From Clostridiales bacterium Firm_11 (lineage in GTDB: Bacteria; Bacillota; Clostridia; Christensenellales; Aristaeellaceae): 64,000 bases of DNA. Under the pieces are notes generated by a model, which was given only the letters and a program-made list of their open reading frames with translations, did not search any database and had not been told where the DNA came from. The position numbers and the translations under genes were made by a program. This document shows, piece by piece, positions 28,366-36,784 of this stretch. The stretch is from contig LVAQ01000011.1 of NCBI GenBank assembly GCA_001604105.1, forward strand, positions 25,640 through 89,639. The letters are read 5' to 3'. Position 1 is the first letter of the stretch; each line of letters opens with the position of its first letter.

Positions 28366-29848
28366 GCGAAATGAGCGCGAGGCACGCCGTGAAGAAGCAA
28401 AGCGACGCGCAACCGATCGCGCAACCTTGCGTGCGGAGACCACGGGCAAGGGCGTAACGCGCTTCACATCCTTTATCGGCAACTGGTTTTCCATGCTGCT
28501 CAGCAATCTGCGCTTTTCGCTCACGCTGCGCATTGCATTACACTACAGCAGTCAGTTACTTGGTACCACGCTCCTGTTTCTCATGGTATTTTCTACTGTC
28601 TTTGGCATCGCGCAAATCCCATCCATCCAAACAACGCTGGACGCGCTGGCAGCAATGGAGCCGGAAAACGGTCTGCATTACACCATCGAACAACAGCAGG
28701 GATTGCCTATCTATGATGCTTATCTGCTGGAAGCGCCTTTCTCCGATGATTTTGATGGGTTCATGCAGGCGTTCAAGCTTGCGATCAACAATCTCAACGG
28801 TTTGGAAGGCGCGCAATTACCCATCTATCGCAATACAATCCAGGGCGGGCTGGTCGCAGTATTCTCGCTGGAGTATGTGCTCTATGTATACTGGCTGCTC
28901 ATACCAACACTGATCCTGTTTGATCTTCACCGTGTGGTACATTTCCTGCGCCGAAAATACCGCCTGAATCGCGTTGTGTTGCGGCCGATTGCGGATATGA
29001 CCGATGCTGCGGCCACGCTCAGCGCCAACAACCTGTCCAACCGCATCAATATCGCAGGCACGAAAAACGAGCTAAAGGATCTGGCTACCGTAATCAATGG
29101 TATGCTGGACAGAATCGAGGTCAGCTATAACAGTCAGAAACAATTTGTGAGCGATGCCTCGCACGAGCTGCGTACCCCCATCGCCGTAATACAAGGCTAT
29201 GCAAGCATGCTGGAGCGTTGGGGTAAGACGGATAAAGAAGTGCTGGATGAGGGCATCGCAGCCATATCACAGGAAACATCCGCCATGAAAGAGTTGGTGG
29301 AAAGGCTCTTGTTTCTGGCAAGGCATGACAAAAAGACCCTTATGCTGGAAATGGAAGTGTTTGACCCCACGGAAATCATCAGCGCCGTTTACCGTGATGC
29401 CCGGCTTCTCTCCTCCGCGCACCAGTTTACGCTTTCTCCCTTGGAGCATTGTATGGTGCACGGGGATAAGGGCATGCTTAAGCAACTGATGCGCATTCTG
29501 GTGGATAATGCCATTAAGTACACGCCTGCGGATGGAAACATCACGCTGGGACTGATGCGTAACGACGAAGAATGTGTTCTTTCTGTTACCGATACTGGCG
29601 CAGGCATCACCTCCGAGGAACTGCCGCGTATCTTTGACCGCTTCTACCGCAGCGACAAGGCGCGCAAAGCGCAATCCAGCGGGCATGGGCTGGGGCTTTC
29701 CATCGCGCGTATTATCGTGGTGGCACACGGCGGCAAAATGACCGTACGCAGCAAGGAAGGCGTAGGTACCACCTTCATGGTTCGCCTTCCGCTTTATGTG
29801 GTCAACACGGACGCCCCTATCAACACCGAAGCGGAACGTACTGCTTGA
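28355..29848 (+). CDS. Sensor histidine kinase (2 TM, HAMP, HisKA, HATPase)
   Basis: ORF trimmed to ATG 28355, overlapping the RR stop. H-box SHELRTPIAVI and G-boxes DTGAGI...GHGLGLSI. Confidence 0.9.
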   Translation: MSIKRNEREARREEAKRRATDRATLRAETTGKGVTRFTSFIGNWFSMLLSNLRFSLTLRIALHYSSQLLGTTLLFLMVFSTVFGIAQIPSIQTTLDALAAMEPENGLHYTIEQQQGLPIYDAYLLEAPFSDDFDGFMQAFKLAINNLNGLEGAQLPIYRNTIQGGLVAVFSLEYVLYVYWLLIPTLILFDLHRVVHFLRRKYRLNRVVLRPIADMTDAAATLSANNLSNRINIAGTKNELKDLATVINGMLDRIEVSYNSQKQFVSDASHELRTPIAVIQGYASMLERWGKTDKEVLDEGIAAISQETSAMKELVERLLFLARHDKKTLMLEMEVFDPTEIISAVYRDARLLSSAHQFTLSPLEHCMVHGDKGMLKQLMRILVDNAIKYTPADGNITLGLMRNDEECVLSVTDTGAGITSEELPRIFDRFYRSDKARKAQSSGHGLGLSIARIIVVAHGGKMTVRSKEGVGTTFMVRLPLYVVNTDAPINTEAERTA

Positions 29849-30030
29849 ACAAACGCGCAGCCAATGCGCCTAAGGGCTTTAGCTCAACAGAACGCTAATG
29901 ATGTCCACCTTAATACAACGTTGTGTGGATTTGAGACCGAAAAAGCACTGATACAGACATAAAGTGGTTACAGTCTTTGTTTGTTATGGTAAGATCATGG
30001 TATGCGGATCGCAAAGAAAGGAGCAAACCC

Positions 30031-31011
30031 ATGCAAAAGAAACCTCGGGTAACGACCATTGTTATCCTTGTGGTGCTGGCCATTGTTATACTGGCAGCCT
30101 CCACAAGCTTTTACCGGGTTGGACAGGGCGAAGAAGCGCTGGTAATTACATTCGGGAGCGTTACCGGCAAGAACGGACCGGGGCTATACTGGCGAATCCC
30201 CTTTGTACAGGAGGTAATCAGCGAAAGCGTGACCACCATCCACACCAAGGAGTATGGCTTTAGAACCACCCAACAGGGCACCAGAGGCTCCGCCGCGCAA
30301 TACGTAGATGTATCCAACGAGGGTGTGATGCTTACCAACGATAACAGCATCGTTGCCATTGAAGCCATCTACCAGTACACCATTCGTGACGTACGGCAAT
30401 ATCATTTTGATGTGGATGACCCTGTAGGCACCTTACAGCTGGCCTTTGAAGCGGTCATTCGCCGCAATGTGCAAAACCGCCCGCTGGATGACGCGCTGCT
30501 GAACAAGGAAGAAATCGAGATGCAGGTGCTCCCTGATTTTCAGGCGCTGATCGATACCTATGAGATGGGTGTCAAAATCAACGATGTTCGCATTCAGAAC
30601 ATCACGGTTCCCAAGGAAGTCGCATCCGCCTACGAGGATGTTAACAACGCCAAGAATGAGAAGACCAAGCGGTTGGACGAGGCTGAGCGTTATAAGAATG
30701 AGATACTGCCTAAAGCGCGCAGCAAGGCTTATGAAACCATTAACCTTGCGGAAGCCTTCCGCGCGGAAACCGTCGCGCAGGCCAAGAGTGATACCGCTGT
30801 CTTTAAGGCGGTGTACGCGGAGTATCAAACCGCACCGGAGATCACCCGCAGGCGTCTGCTCATCGAAACCTTGGAGAAAGTGCTTAAAAACAGTGGCCGC
30901 ATCATTGTTTCCGAACCCAATGGCGATGTGGTAAAAGTGTTGGATATGAATGATCAAACGCTGCAAACCGGGAATACCGCAGCCATCTTGGAAGGAGGGC
31001 AGGCACAATGA
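30031..31011 (+). CDS. hflK: SPFH/band-7 protein, HflK-like
   Basis: ATG 30031 after AGGAG. N-terminal TM followed by an SPFH domain. ATGA overlap with the next gene. Confidence 0.8.
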   Translation: MQKKPRVTTIVILVVLAIVILAASTSFYRVGQGEEALVITFGSVTGKNGPGLYWRIPFVQEVISESVTTIHTKEYGFRTTQQGTRGSAAQYVDVSNEGVMLTNDNSIVAIEAIYQYTIRDVRQYHFDVDDPVGTLQLAFEAVIRRNVQNRPLDDALLNKEEIEMQVLPDFQALIDTYEMGVKINDVRIQNITVPKEVASAYEDVNNAKNEKTKRLDEAERYKNEILPKARSKAYETINLAEAFRAETVAQAKSDTAVFKAVYAEYQTAPEITRRRLLIETLEKVLKNSGRIIVSEPNGDVVKVLDMNDQTLQTGNTAAILEGGQAQ

Positions 31012-32042
31012 ACAATGAGAGACCCTTTAGCCAAAGTCAAACCGCGTTCAGCGAAGCCATTAAGCGCAACCGCGGCAGGTTGATTGTGATTGCGCTAATT
31101 CTGGTGGCCTTGATCGTGTTGATCAATGAGAGCATTTTTATCGTCGGGGAAGCGGAGCAGAGCGTCGTAACCCGTTTTGGTGTTATTAAACGCATTGTGA
31201 TTAATAAACATAATGATTTCCACGAGCGTTACGCCTCCTTGCTCAAGGATGAAATCACCCTTTCGGATAGCGTTGTGATACAGGTTGGCAGCGGGTTGCA
31301 TTTCAAGGTACCCTTTATCGATAAGGTAGAAACATTCCCCTCCCGCCTCTATACCTATATAAGTGATAGCGAAGTTGTGAATACGGCTGAGAAAAAGCAG
31401 TATTATGTACAGACTTTCGCGCAGTGGTATATTGCGGATCCCGCGCTATTCACCTTAAAACTTGGCAACATGGTCAGCGCTGAGAATCAGCTGGATAACC
31501 TGATCCATCCGGTCATCGTACAGGCTATCAACCGCATGATCGCCGAAGATTTTGTCAGTAATAAGGATGCGCTTAACAGTTCGCTATCCAGAGGGCTGAC
31601 CACCGTCAACAGCGATCTGGTAGCGCGCGGGATTGAAGTTAGGGATATTCAAGTGCACCGCACCATCCTGCCTCCCGCAAACCTGGAGAGCACCTACGCA
31701 CGTATGCAGGCAGACCGTGCAAAAGTAGCCCAGCAGTTGCGCAGCGAAGGGGATGAAGAATACCGAAAATCGGTTTCATCCGCAGATTTGCAGGCGAGGC
31801 AGCTTGAAGCAGATGCCATCAGTGAAGCAGGCGCGGTTCGCGCACAGGCAGAATCGGAAGCGATGCAAATCTATGCCGATGCCTACGGCGTTGACGAGAC
31901 TTTCTACAGCTACTGGCGCTCCTTGCGCGCATTGGAAGAGAGTTTGACCGACAAAGCAACCTTAGTGCTCGATAAGGACCATCCCCTTTGGAGCGAGCTG
32001 TTATCCTATGCAACGGGCGCGTACGGCGCTGTACAACCTTAA
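31008..32042 (+). CDS. hflC: SPFH/band-7 protein, HflC-like
   Basis: 344 aa. N-terminal TM, SPFH domain and a coiled-coil tail. Confidence 0.8.
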   Translation: MNNERPFSQSQTAFSEAIKRNRGRLIVIALILVALIVLINESIFIVGEAEQSVVTRFGVIKRIVINKHNDFHERYASLLKDEITLSDSVVIQVGSGLHFKVPFIDKVETFPSRLYTYISDSEVVNTAEKKQYYVQTFAQWYIADPALFTLKLGNMVSAENQLDNLIHPVIVQAINRMIAEDFVSNKDALNSSLSRGLTTVNSDLVARGIEVRDIQVHRTILPPANLESTYARMQADRAKVAQQLRSEGDEEYRKSVSSADLQARQLEADAISEAGAVRAQAESEAMQIYADAYGVDETFYSYWRSLRALEESLTDKATLVLDKDHPLWSELLSYATGAYGAVQP

Positions 32043-32052
32043 TTACCGCTTC

Positions 32053-32096
32053 ACAACCGCCGCGGGTGTAAAAACCTGCGGCGGTTGTTTCTTATT
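32053..32096 (+). terminator. Rho-independent terminator after hflC
   Basis: 11-bp stem acaaccgccgc / gcggcggttgt followed by ttcttatt. Confidence 0.7.
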
Positions 32097-32157
32097 GGCA
32101 ATCTTGTTGTATACTACAACTGTGGTAATTTTTTTCAAACAAACGTTCGGTTACCCA

Positions 32158-32186
32158 TTGCATTTTGAAAACGGCCATGCTAGAAT
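32158..32186 (+). promoter_or_regulatory. ctsR operon sigma-A promoter
   Basis: -35 TTGCAT (32158-32163), 17-bp spacer, extended -10 TGcTAGAAT (32178-32186). Confidence 0.6.
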
Positions 32187-32191
32187 GTAAT

Positions 32192-32208
32192 GGTCAAAGA
32201 TGGTCAAT
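32192..32208 (+). promoter_or_regulatory. CtsR operator (tandem heptad repeat)
   Basis: GGTCAAAGATGGTCAAT matches the consensus A/GGTCAAANANA/GGTCAAA. It lies 6 nt downstream of the -10. Confidence 0.8.
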
Positions 32209-32235
32209 TTCTTTGGCAAAGGAGGAGTATCGACG

Positions 32236-32715
32236 ATGAGATTGAGCGATGCCATTGAAAAGTTCATCAAAGCCATGTTAACGCAGGATGAGCAGGAAAT
32301 AGAGCTCAAACGCAATGAACTGGCGCAGTATTTCAACTGTGCGCCATCCCAGATCAATTATGTGCTGGCTACACGTTTTACGCCGGACCACGGCTATATC
32401 ATTGAAAGCCGCCGGGGCGGCGGCGGGTATATCCGCATTTTCCGCATGGAGCATGATACCAGCCAGCAACTTATTTACTTATTGCATGAGCGTGTTGGCG
32501 AGACCATCTCTTCATTGGAGTCTGAACACCTTATTACCCAACTCGCAGAAAGGGATTTTATATCCCCGGATGAAGCCGGCATTATGAAGGCTGCCATGTG
32601 CGAGAACTGTTTTACATTGCCTGTACCTGCCGCCATGAAGGACGCGCTTCGTGCGCGGATCCTCAAATCGATGCTCTTGGAGGTTGCCCGAAAAAGCAAA
32701 ACCATCCAAGTTTGA
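32236..32715 (+). CDS. ctsR: Class III stress gene repressor CtsR
   Basis: ATG 32236 after AGGAGGAG. MRLSDAIEKFIKAML...QINYVLATRFTPDHGYIIESRRGGGGYIRI. Confidence 0.93.
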   Translation: MRLSDAIEKFIKAMLTQDEQEIELKRNELAQYFNCAPSQINYVLATRFTPDHGYIIESRRGGGGYIRIFRMEHDTSQQLIYLLHERVGETISSLESEHLITQLAERDFISPDEAGIMKAAMCENCFTLPVPAAMKDALRARILKSMLLEVARKSKTIQV

Positions 32716-32729
32716 AAGGAGCCATGACC

Positions 32730-33233
32730 ATGCTCTGCGAAGAGTGCAACAAAAACCCCGCGACCGTCGTGATCACCGTCATGGCCGGAAACGAGACCAC
32801 CACACGCCATTTATGCCAGTCTTGTGTGGAGAAACTGGAATCCAACATCGCGCAGGGTGATATTTCCACATTCTTATCATCCCTGCTTAGCATACTTGCC
32901 CGTCAGCCGCGCGAGGATACGCTAAAATGCAGTGCCTGTGGGCTTTCCTACGCCGAGTTCCAAAGCTCTGGCAAACTGGGCTGTGCGCATTGTTATACAC
33001 ATTTTCGTGAACAGCTTGCGCCGCTGCTTTTACGGGTACACGGTCGCAGCCAACATGCGGGGCGTGTGCCTGGCAACCTTAGCAAAGAACGTGATCTGGC
33101 AGCCTCCATTGCTTCCCTCAAGGAGAAAATGGAACTGGCCGTACATGCGGAAAATTTCGAAGAAGCGGCGGTACTACGTGACGAAATTCGCACACTATCC
33201 GCCAAACATAGTGCGGAGGTGCAACCGCAATGA
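32730..33233 (+). CDS. mcsA: McsA (UvrB/C-motif protein, activator of McsB)
   Basis: ATG 32730, 8 nt after AAAGGAG (the alternative ATG 32724 is too close to the SD). CEECNKNPA..CQSC and CSACG...CAHC zinc motifs. UVR motif FEEAAVLRDEIRTL. Confidence 0.85.
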   Translation: MLCEECNKNPATVVITVMAGNETTTRHLCQSCVEKLESNIAQGDISTFLSSLLSILARQPREDTLKCSACGLSYAEFQSSGKLGCAHCYTHFREQLAPLLLRVHGRSQHAGRVPGNLSKERDLAASIASLKEKMELAVHAENFEEAAVLRDEIRTLSAKHSAEVQPQ

Positions 33234-34234
33234 AACAGGAAAATGTTCAGGTGGTCGTTTCCAGCCGTGTGCGCCTGGCACGCAACTATCATGACCTCCC
33301 TTTTTCCAATGAGCATAGCCCCGAAAATGCCGCCCTTTGCATCAGCCGCGCACAGCAGGGGCTCACCGACCAAGCGACTCATGAGTTTGCACTCTATACG
33401 CTTAAGGAACTGAACAAGATGGATCAGTTCTCGCTGATGGAGCAGCATTTGATCAGTCGCGACCTGGTACAGCGAAGCGATATCGGCGCCGCGCTGATCC
33501 GTGAGGATAAGCAAATCAGCGTAATGGTAAACGAAGAAGACCATTTGCGCATTCAGGCAATGCAGGGTGGATTGTCGCTCACCACCGCAGCGGAACTTGC
33601 TTTCGCAGCCGAAGAAAAGCTGGCCGCCGTTTGCGATTTCTCGTTTGATGTACAGCTTGGTTACCTGACCGCGTGCCCTACCAATACCGGCACCGGCATG
33701 CGTGCTTCCATGATGCTGCATTTGCCCATGCTCACGCGCTATAAGCAAATCGGCAATATATCCCAATCCGTAGCCAAACTCGGGCTCACCATCCGCGGTA
33801 TTTACGGGGAGGGCAGTGAGGCGCTGGGCGACCTTTATCAAGTAAGCAATCAAGTAACGCTTGGCCGTACGGAAGAGGAAATTATCGAAGCCGTAACGGC
33901 TGTTGGCAAGCAGCTTATTGATATGGAGAACGTGCTGCGCGTACGCGGCGAGAAAGAATCCCTGGATCTGGAAGATAGCCTGTGGCGCAGTTACGGCGTG
34001 CTCCGGTTTGCGCGCCAGATGGACGCGGGAGAGTTTATGGAGCACTGGAGCAACCTTCGGCTGGGTGCTTCCATCGGCGTACTTCCCGTAACCCTGGCCG
34101 TCGCGGATGAGTTGCTGACCACCGCGCAGGATGCGCACACGAAGAAATACAAGTACGCACACCCCGAACTTAACTCGACTGATCAGGCGCGTTGCGCAGT
34201 GATCCAAGCAAAGCTTAACGTCAAGGAGGATTAA
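33230..34234 (+). CDS. mcsB: Protein arginine kinase McsB
   Basis: 334 aa. SSRVRLARNY...NEEDHLRIQ...CPTNTGTGMRASMMLHLP guanidino-kinase motifs. Confidence 0.93.
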   Translation: MKQENVQVVVSSRVRLARNYHDLPFSNEHSPENAALCISRAQQGLTDQATHEFALYTLKELNKMDQFSLMEQHLISRDLVQRSDIGAALIREDKQISVMVNEEDHLRIQAMQGGLSLTTAAELAFAAEEKLAAVCDFSFDVQLGYLTACPTNTGTGMRASMMLHLPMLTRYKQIGNISQSVAKLGLTIRGIYGEGSEALGDLYQVSNQVTLGRTEEEIIEAVTAVGKQLIDMENVLRVRGEKESLDLEDSLWRSYGVLRFARQMDAGEFMEHWSNLRLGASIGVLPVTLAVADELLTTAQDAHTKKYKYAHPELNSTDQARCAVIQAKLNVKED

Positions 34235-34235
34235 T

Positions 34236-36728
34236 ATGGCGATTTTTGGACGTTTTACCCAGCGGGCGCAGCAGGCTGTCGCATTTGCTCAGCAAGCCGC
34301 AGTCACGCTGAAACAGCATTATGTAGGCACCGAGCATATTTTGCTTGGTTTGCTGAAAGAACCCGGCCCCATGCTTGAAAAGCTCCTTCCGGAGGGCGTG
34401 GATTATGACGCCACACTAGCCAAAGTACGCGAACTGGTTGGAGAAGGCAACTCCCCCATCAGCGGCATGCTGGAGCTGACGCCGCGCAGCAAGAAAATTC
34501 TGGAGGGAAGCATTGCCGAAAGCAAACAATTTCATCATTCGTTTGTGGGCACGGAGCATTTTTGGCTCGCCCTGCTGCATGAAGGCGAAGGCGTAGCCGT
34601 AAACCTGTTGCGCGAAATGGGCGTGGATACAGAGCTTTTAACCCGCAATTTGACCGAAGCCCTGCAAAACAGTCAGCCGGATAATACGGATGAAGCCGCC
34701 CAACAGGAACCGCGCCGAGGCGCCGCACAAGGCAACGAACCGATTCTTGAGAAATACAGCCGCGATTTGACTAAGGCCGCACAGGATGGCGAGCTGGACC
34801 CGGTGATTGGCCGCAGCAGCGAGATCGAACGTATCGTACAGATTTTGAGCCGACGCACAAAAAACAACCCCGTGCTGATCGGCGAGCCCGGTGTTGGTAA
34901 AAGCGCGGTTGCCGAAGGCCTTGCGCAGTTGATTGTCTCCGGTAAAATCCCCGAGACGCTGATCGGGAAACGCTTGCTTTCCCTGGATTTGGGCAGTATG
35001 ATCGCCGGAAGCAAATACCGCGGCGAGTTTGAAGAACGGTTGAAAGAGACCATCAAGGAAGTGAAGAAGCAGGGCAATGTGATCCTGTTTATTGATGAGT
35101 TTCATACCTTGATTGGCGCAGGCAAAGCGGAAGGAAGCATGGACGCGGCCAACATCCTAAAGCCTGCCCTTGCCCGCGGAGACCTCCAATGCATCGGCGC
35201 TACCACGATTGATGAATACCGTAAAAACATCGAGAAAGATGCCGCGCTGGAACGCAGATTCCAACCGGTTAAAGTGGGCGAGCCCAGCACGGATGAGGCG
35301 CTGGAAATCCTCAAAGGCTTGCGCGACCGTTATGAAGCGCATCACAAGGTACAGATAACCGATGAAGCGCTGGAAGCCGCCGTATCCCTTTCCGATCGCT
35401 ACATCAGCGACCGCTTTCTGCCGGATAAAGCCATCGACCTGATGGACGAAGCCGCCAGCCGCGTTCGCCTTCGCTCCTTTACTGCCCCACCGGATGTGAA
35501 AGAGCAGGAAGAGCGCCTCAAGGCTGTCAAGAACGAAAAGGAAGAAGCCATCGCACATCAGGATTTTGAGAAGGCCGCGGGGCTGCGCGATGAAGAGCGC
35601 AAACTGCGTGACTCCATAGCAGAAAGCCGCGCTGCCTGGGAAAGCAGCAAGAGTTCCAGTCAGGATCTGGTAACAGAAGAGGACATCGCGCAGATCGTTG
35701 CCAGCTGGACAGGCATCCCCGTACGAAAGATGACCGAAGCGGACAGCGAACGTTTGCTGAACATGGAAGCATTGCTCCATGAACGCGTGATCGGTCAAAA
35801 TGAAGCGATCAGCGCTGTTAGCCGTGCGCTGCGCCGTGCCCGCGCGGGATTGCAGGATCCCAAGCGACCCATCGGCTCATTCATCTTCCTTGGCCCAACA
35901 GGCGTGGGGAAAACTGAGCTTTGCCGTACACTTGGCGAGGCCATGTTTGGCGATGAAAATGCTATGATTCGCATTGATATGAGCGAGTATATGGAGAAGT
36001 TCAGCGTCTCGCGCCTGGTAGGCTCGCCGCCGGGCTATGTCGGCTACGAAGAAGGTGGACAGCTCACCCAAAAGGTGCGCCAGAAGCCTTACAGCGTCGT
36101 GCTCTTTGACGAAGTGGAAAAGGCGCACCCCGATGTATTCAACATCCTGCTGCAGATTCTGGAAGATGGCCGGTTAACGGATAGCGATGGCCGTGTTGTC
36201 AGCTTCAAGAACACCATCATCGTTATGACCAGCAACGCGGGCGCGCACAGCATCACCAACGGGCGTTCGCTCGGTTTTGGCAGCGCGGTTGAAACCGTGC
36301 GTGATTATGAGAACATGAAAGAACGTGTGATGGCGGAAGTCAAGGATGTGTTCCGACCAGAGTTTATCAACCGTGTGGATGAATTGATCGTGTTCCATGC
36401 GCTGGAGCCGAGTGATATTCAGAAAATCGCGGGTTTGATGCTGCGCAGTGTCGCCAAACGATTGGGCGAGCGCGGTATGCAGCTTCTCTATGACGATGCG
36501 GTCATCGAACACCTGGCCAATGAAGGATATGATGCAAACTACGGCGCGCGTCCCCTTCGCCGTACCATACAGCGCGCCGTGGAAGATGCGCTCAGCGAGG
36601 AAATCATCGCCGGTCGAATTTCCCTTGGGGACGCGGTGCGTTTGCGTGTTGAGGATGGCAAGGTAACCTATCTCAAGGAAACATCCTTGCCACCCGAGGA
36701 AACATTTCCCCTGCCGCAGCAGGTTTAG
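34236..36728 (+). CDS. clpC: ATP-dependent Clp protease ATPase subunit ClpC
   Basis: 830 aa. Clp_N repeats, two AAA+ modules ([20 protein letters not shown]) and an internal UVR-like linker. Confidence 0.95.
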   Translation: MAIFGRFTQRAQQAVAFAQQAAVTLKQHYVGTEHILLGLLKEPGPMLEKLLPEGVDYDATLAKVRELVGEGNSPISGMLELTPRSKKILEGSIAESKQFHHSFVGTEHFWLALLHEGEGVAVNLLREMGVDTELLTRNLTEALQNSQPDNTDEAAQQEPRRGAAQGNEPILEKYSRDLTKAAQDGELDPVIGRSSEIERIVQILSRRTKNNPVLIGEPGVGKSAVAEGLAQLIVSGKIPETLIGKRLLSLDLGSMIAGSKYRGEFEERLKETIKEVKKQGNVILFIDEFHTLIGAGKAEGSMDAANILKPALARGDLQCIGATTIDEYRKNIEKDAALERRFQPVKVGEPSTDEALEILKGLRDRYEAHHKVQITDEALEAAVSLSDRYISDRFLPDKAIDLMDEAASRVRLRSFTAPPDVKEQEERLKAVKNEKEEAIAHQDFEKAAGLRDEERKLRDSIAESRAAWESSKSSSQDLVTEEDIAQIVASWTGIPVRKMTEADSERLLNMEALLHERVIGQNEAISAVSRALRRARAGLQDPKRPIGSFIFLGPTGVGKTELCRTLGEAMFGDENAMIRIDMSEYMEKFSVSRLVGSPPGYVGYEEGGQLTQKVRQKPYSVVLFDEVEKAHPDVFNILLQILEDGRLTDSDGRVVSFKNTIIVMTSNAGAHSITNGRSLGFGSAVETVRDYENMKERVMAEVKDVFRPEFINRVDELIVFHALEPSDIQKIAGLMLRSVAKRLGERGMQLLYDDAVIEHLANEGYDANYGARPLRRTIQRAVEDALSEEIIAGRISLGDAVRLRVEDGKVTYLKETSLPPEETFPLPQQV

Positions 36729-36735
36729 CATCAAT

Positions 36736-36768
36736 GCCACAGGCCGCATCCCATATGTGGCCTGTGGC
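36736..36768 (+). other. GC-rich hairpin between clpC and mrfA-like gene
   Basis: 10-bp stem gccacaggcc / ggcctgtggc with a 13-nt loop and no T-run. It could be a processing site, an attenuator or a weak terminator. Confidence 0.4.
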
Positions 36769-36784
36769 CGATGGGGGTCATGGA

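Noticed and set aside
32993-34207. 404-aa ORF antisense to mcsA/mcsB. Similar long antisense ORFs occur at 26855..27598, 36174..36749, 8736..9491, 35157..35798, 43415..44161 and 51531..52343.
   Set aside because: The opposite strand encodes clearly recognisable conserved proteins over the same span. The antisense products are low-complexity and Arg/His/Gly-rich with no SD. This is typical of shadow ORFs in moderately GC-rich coding DNA.
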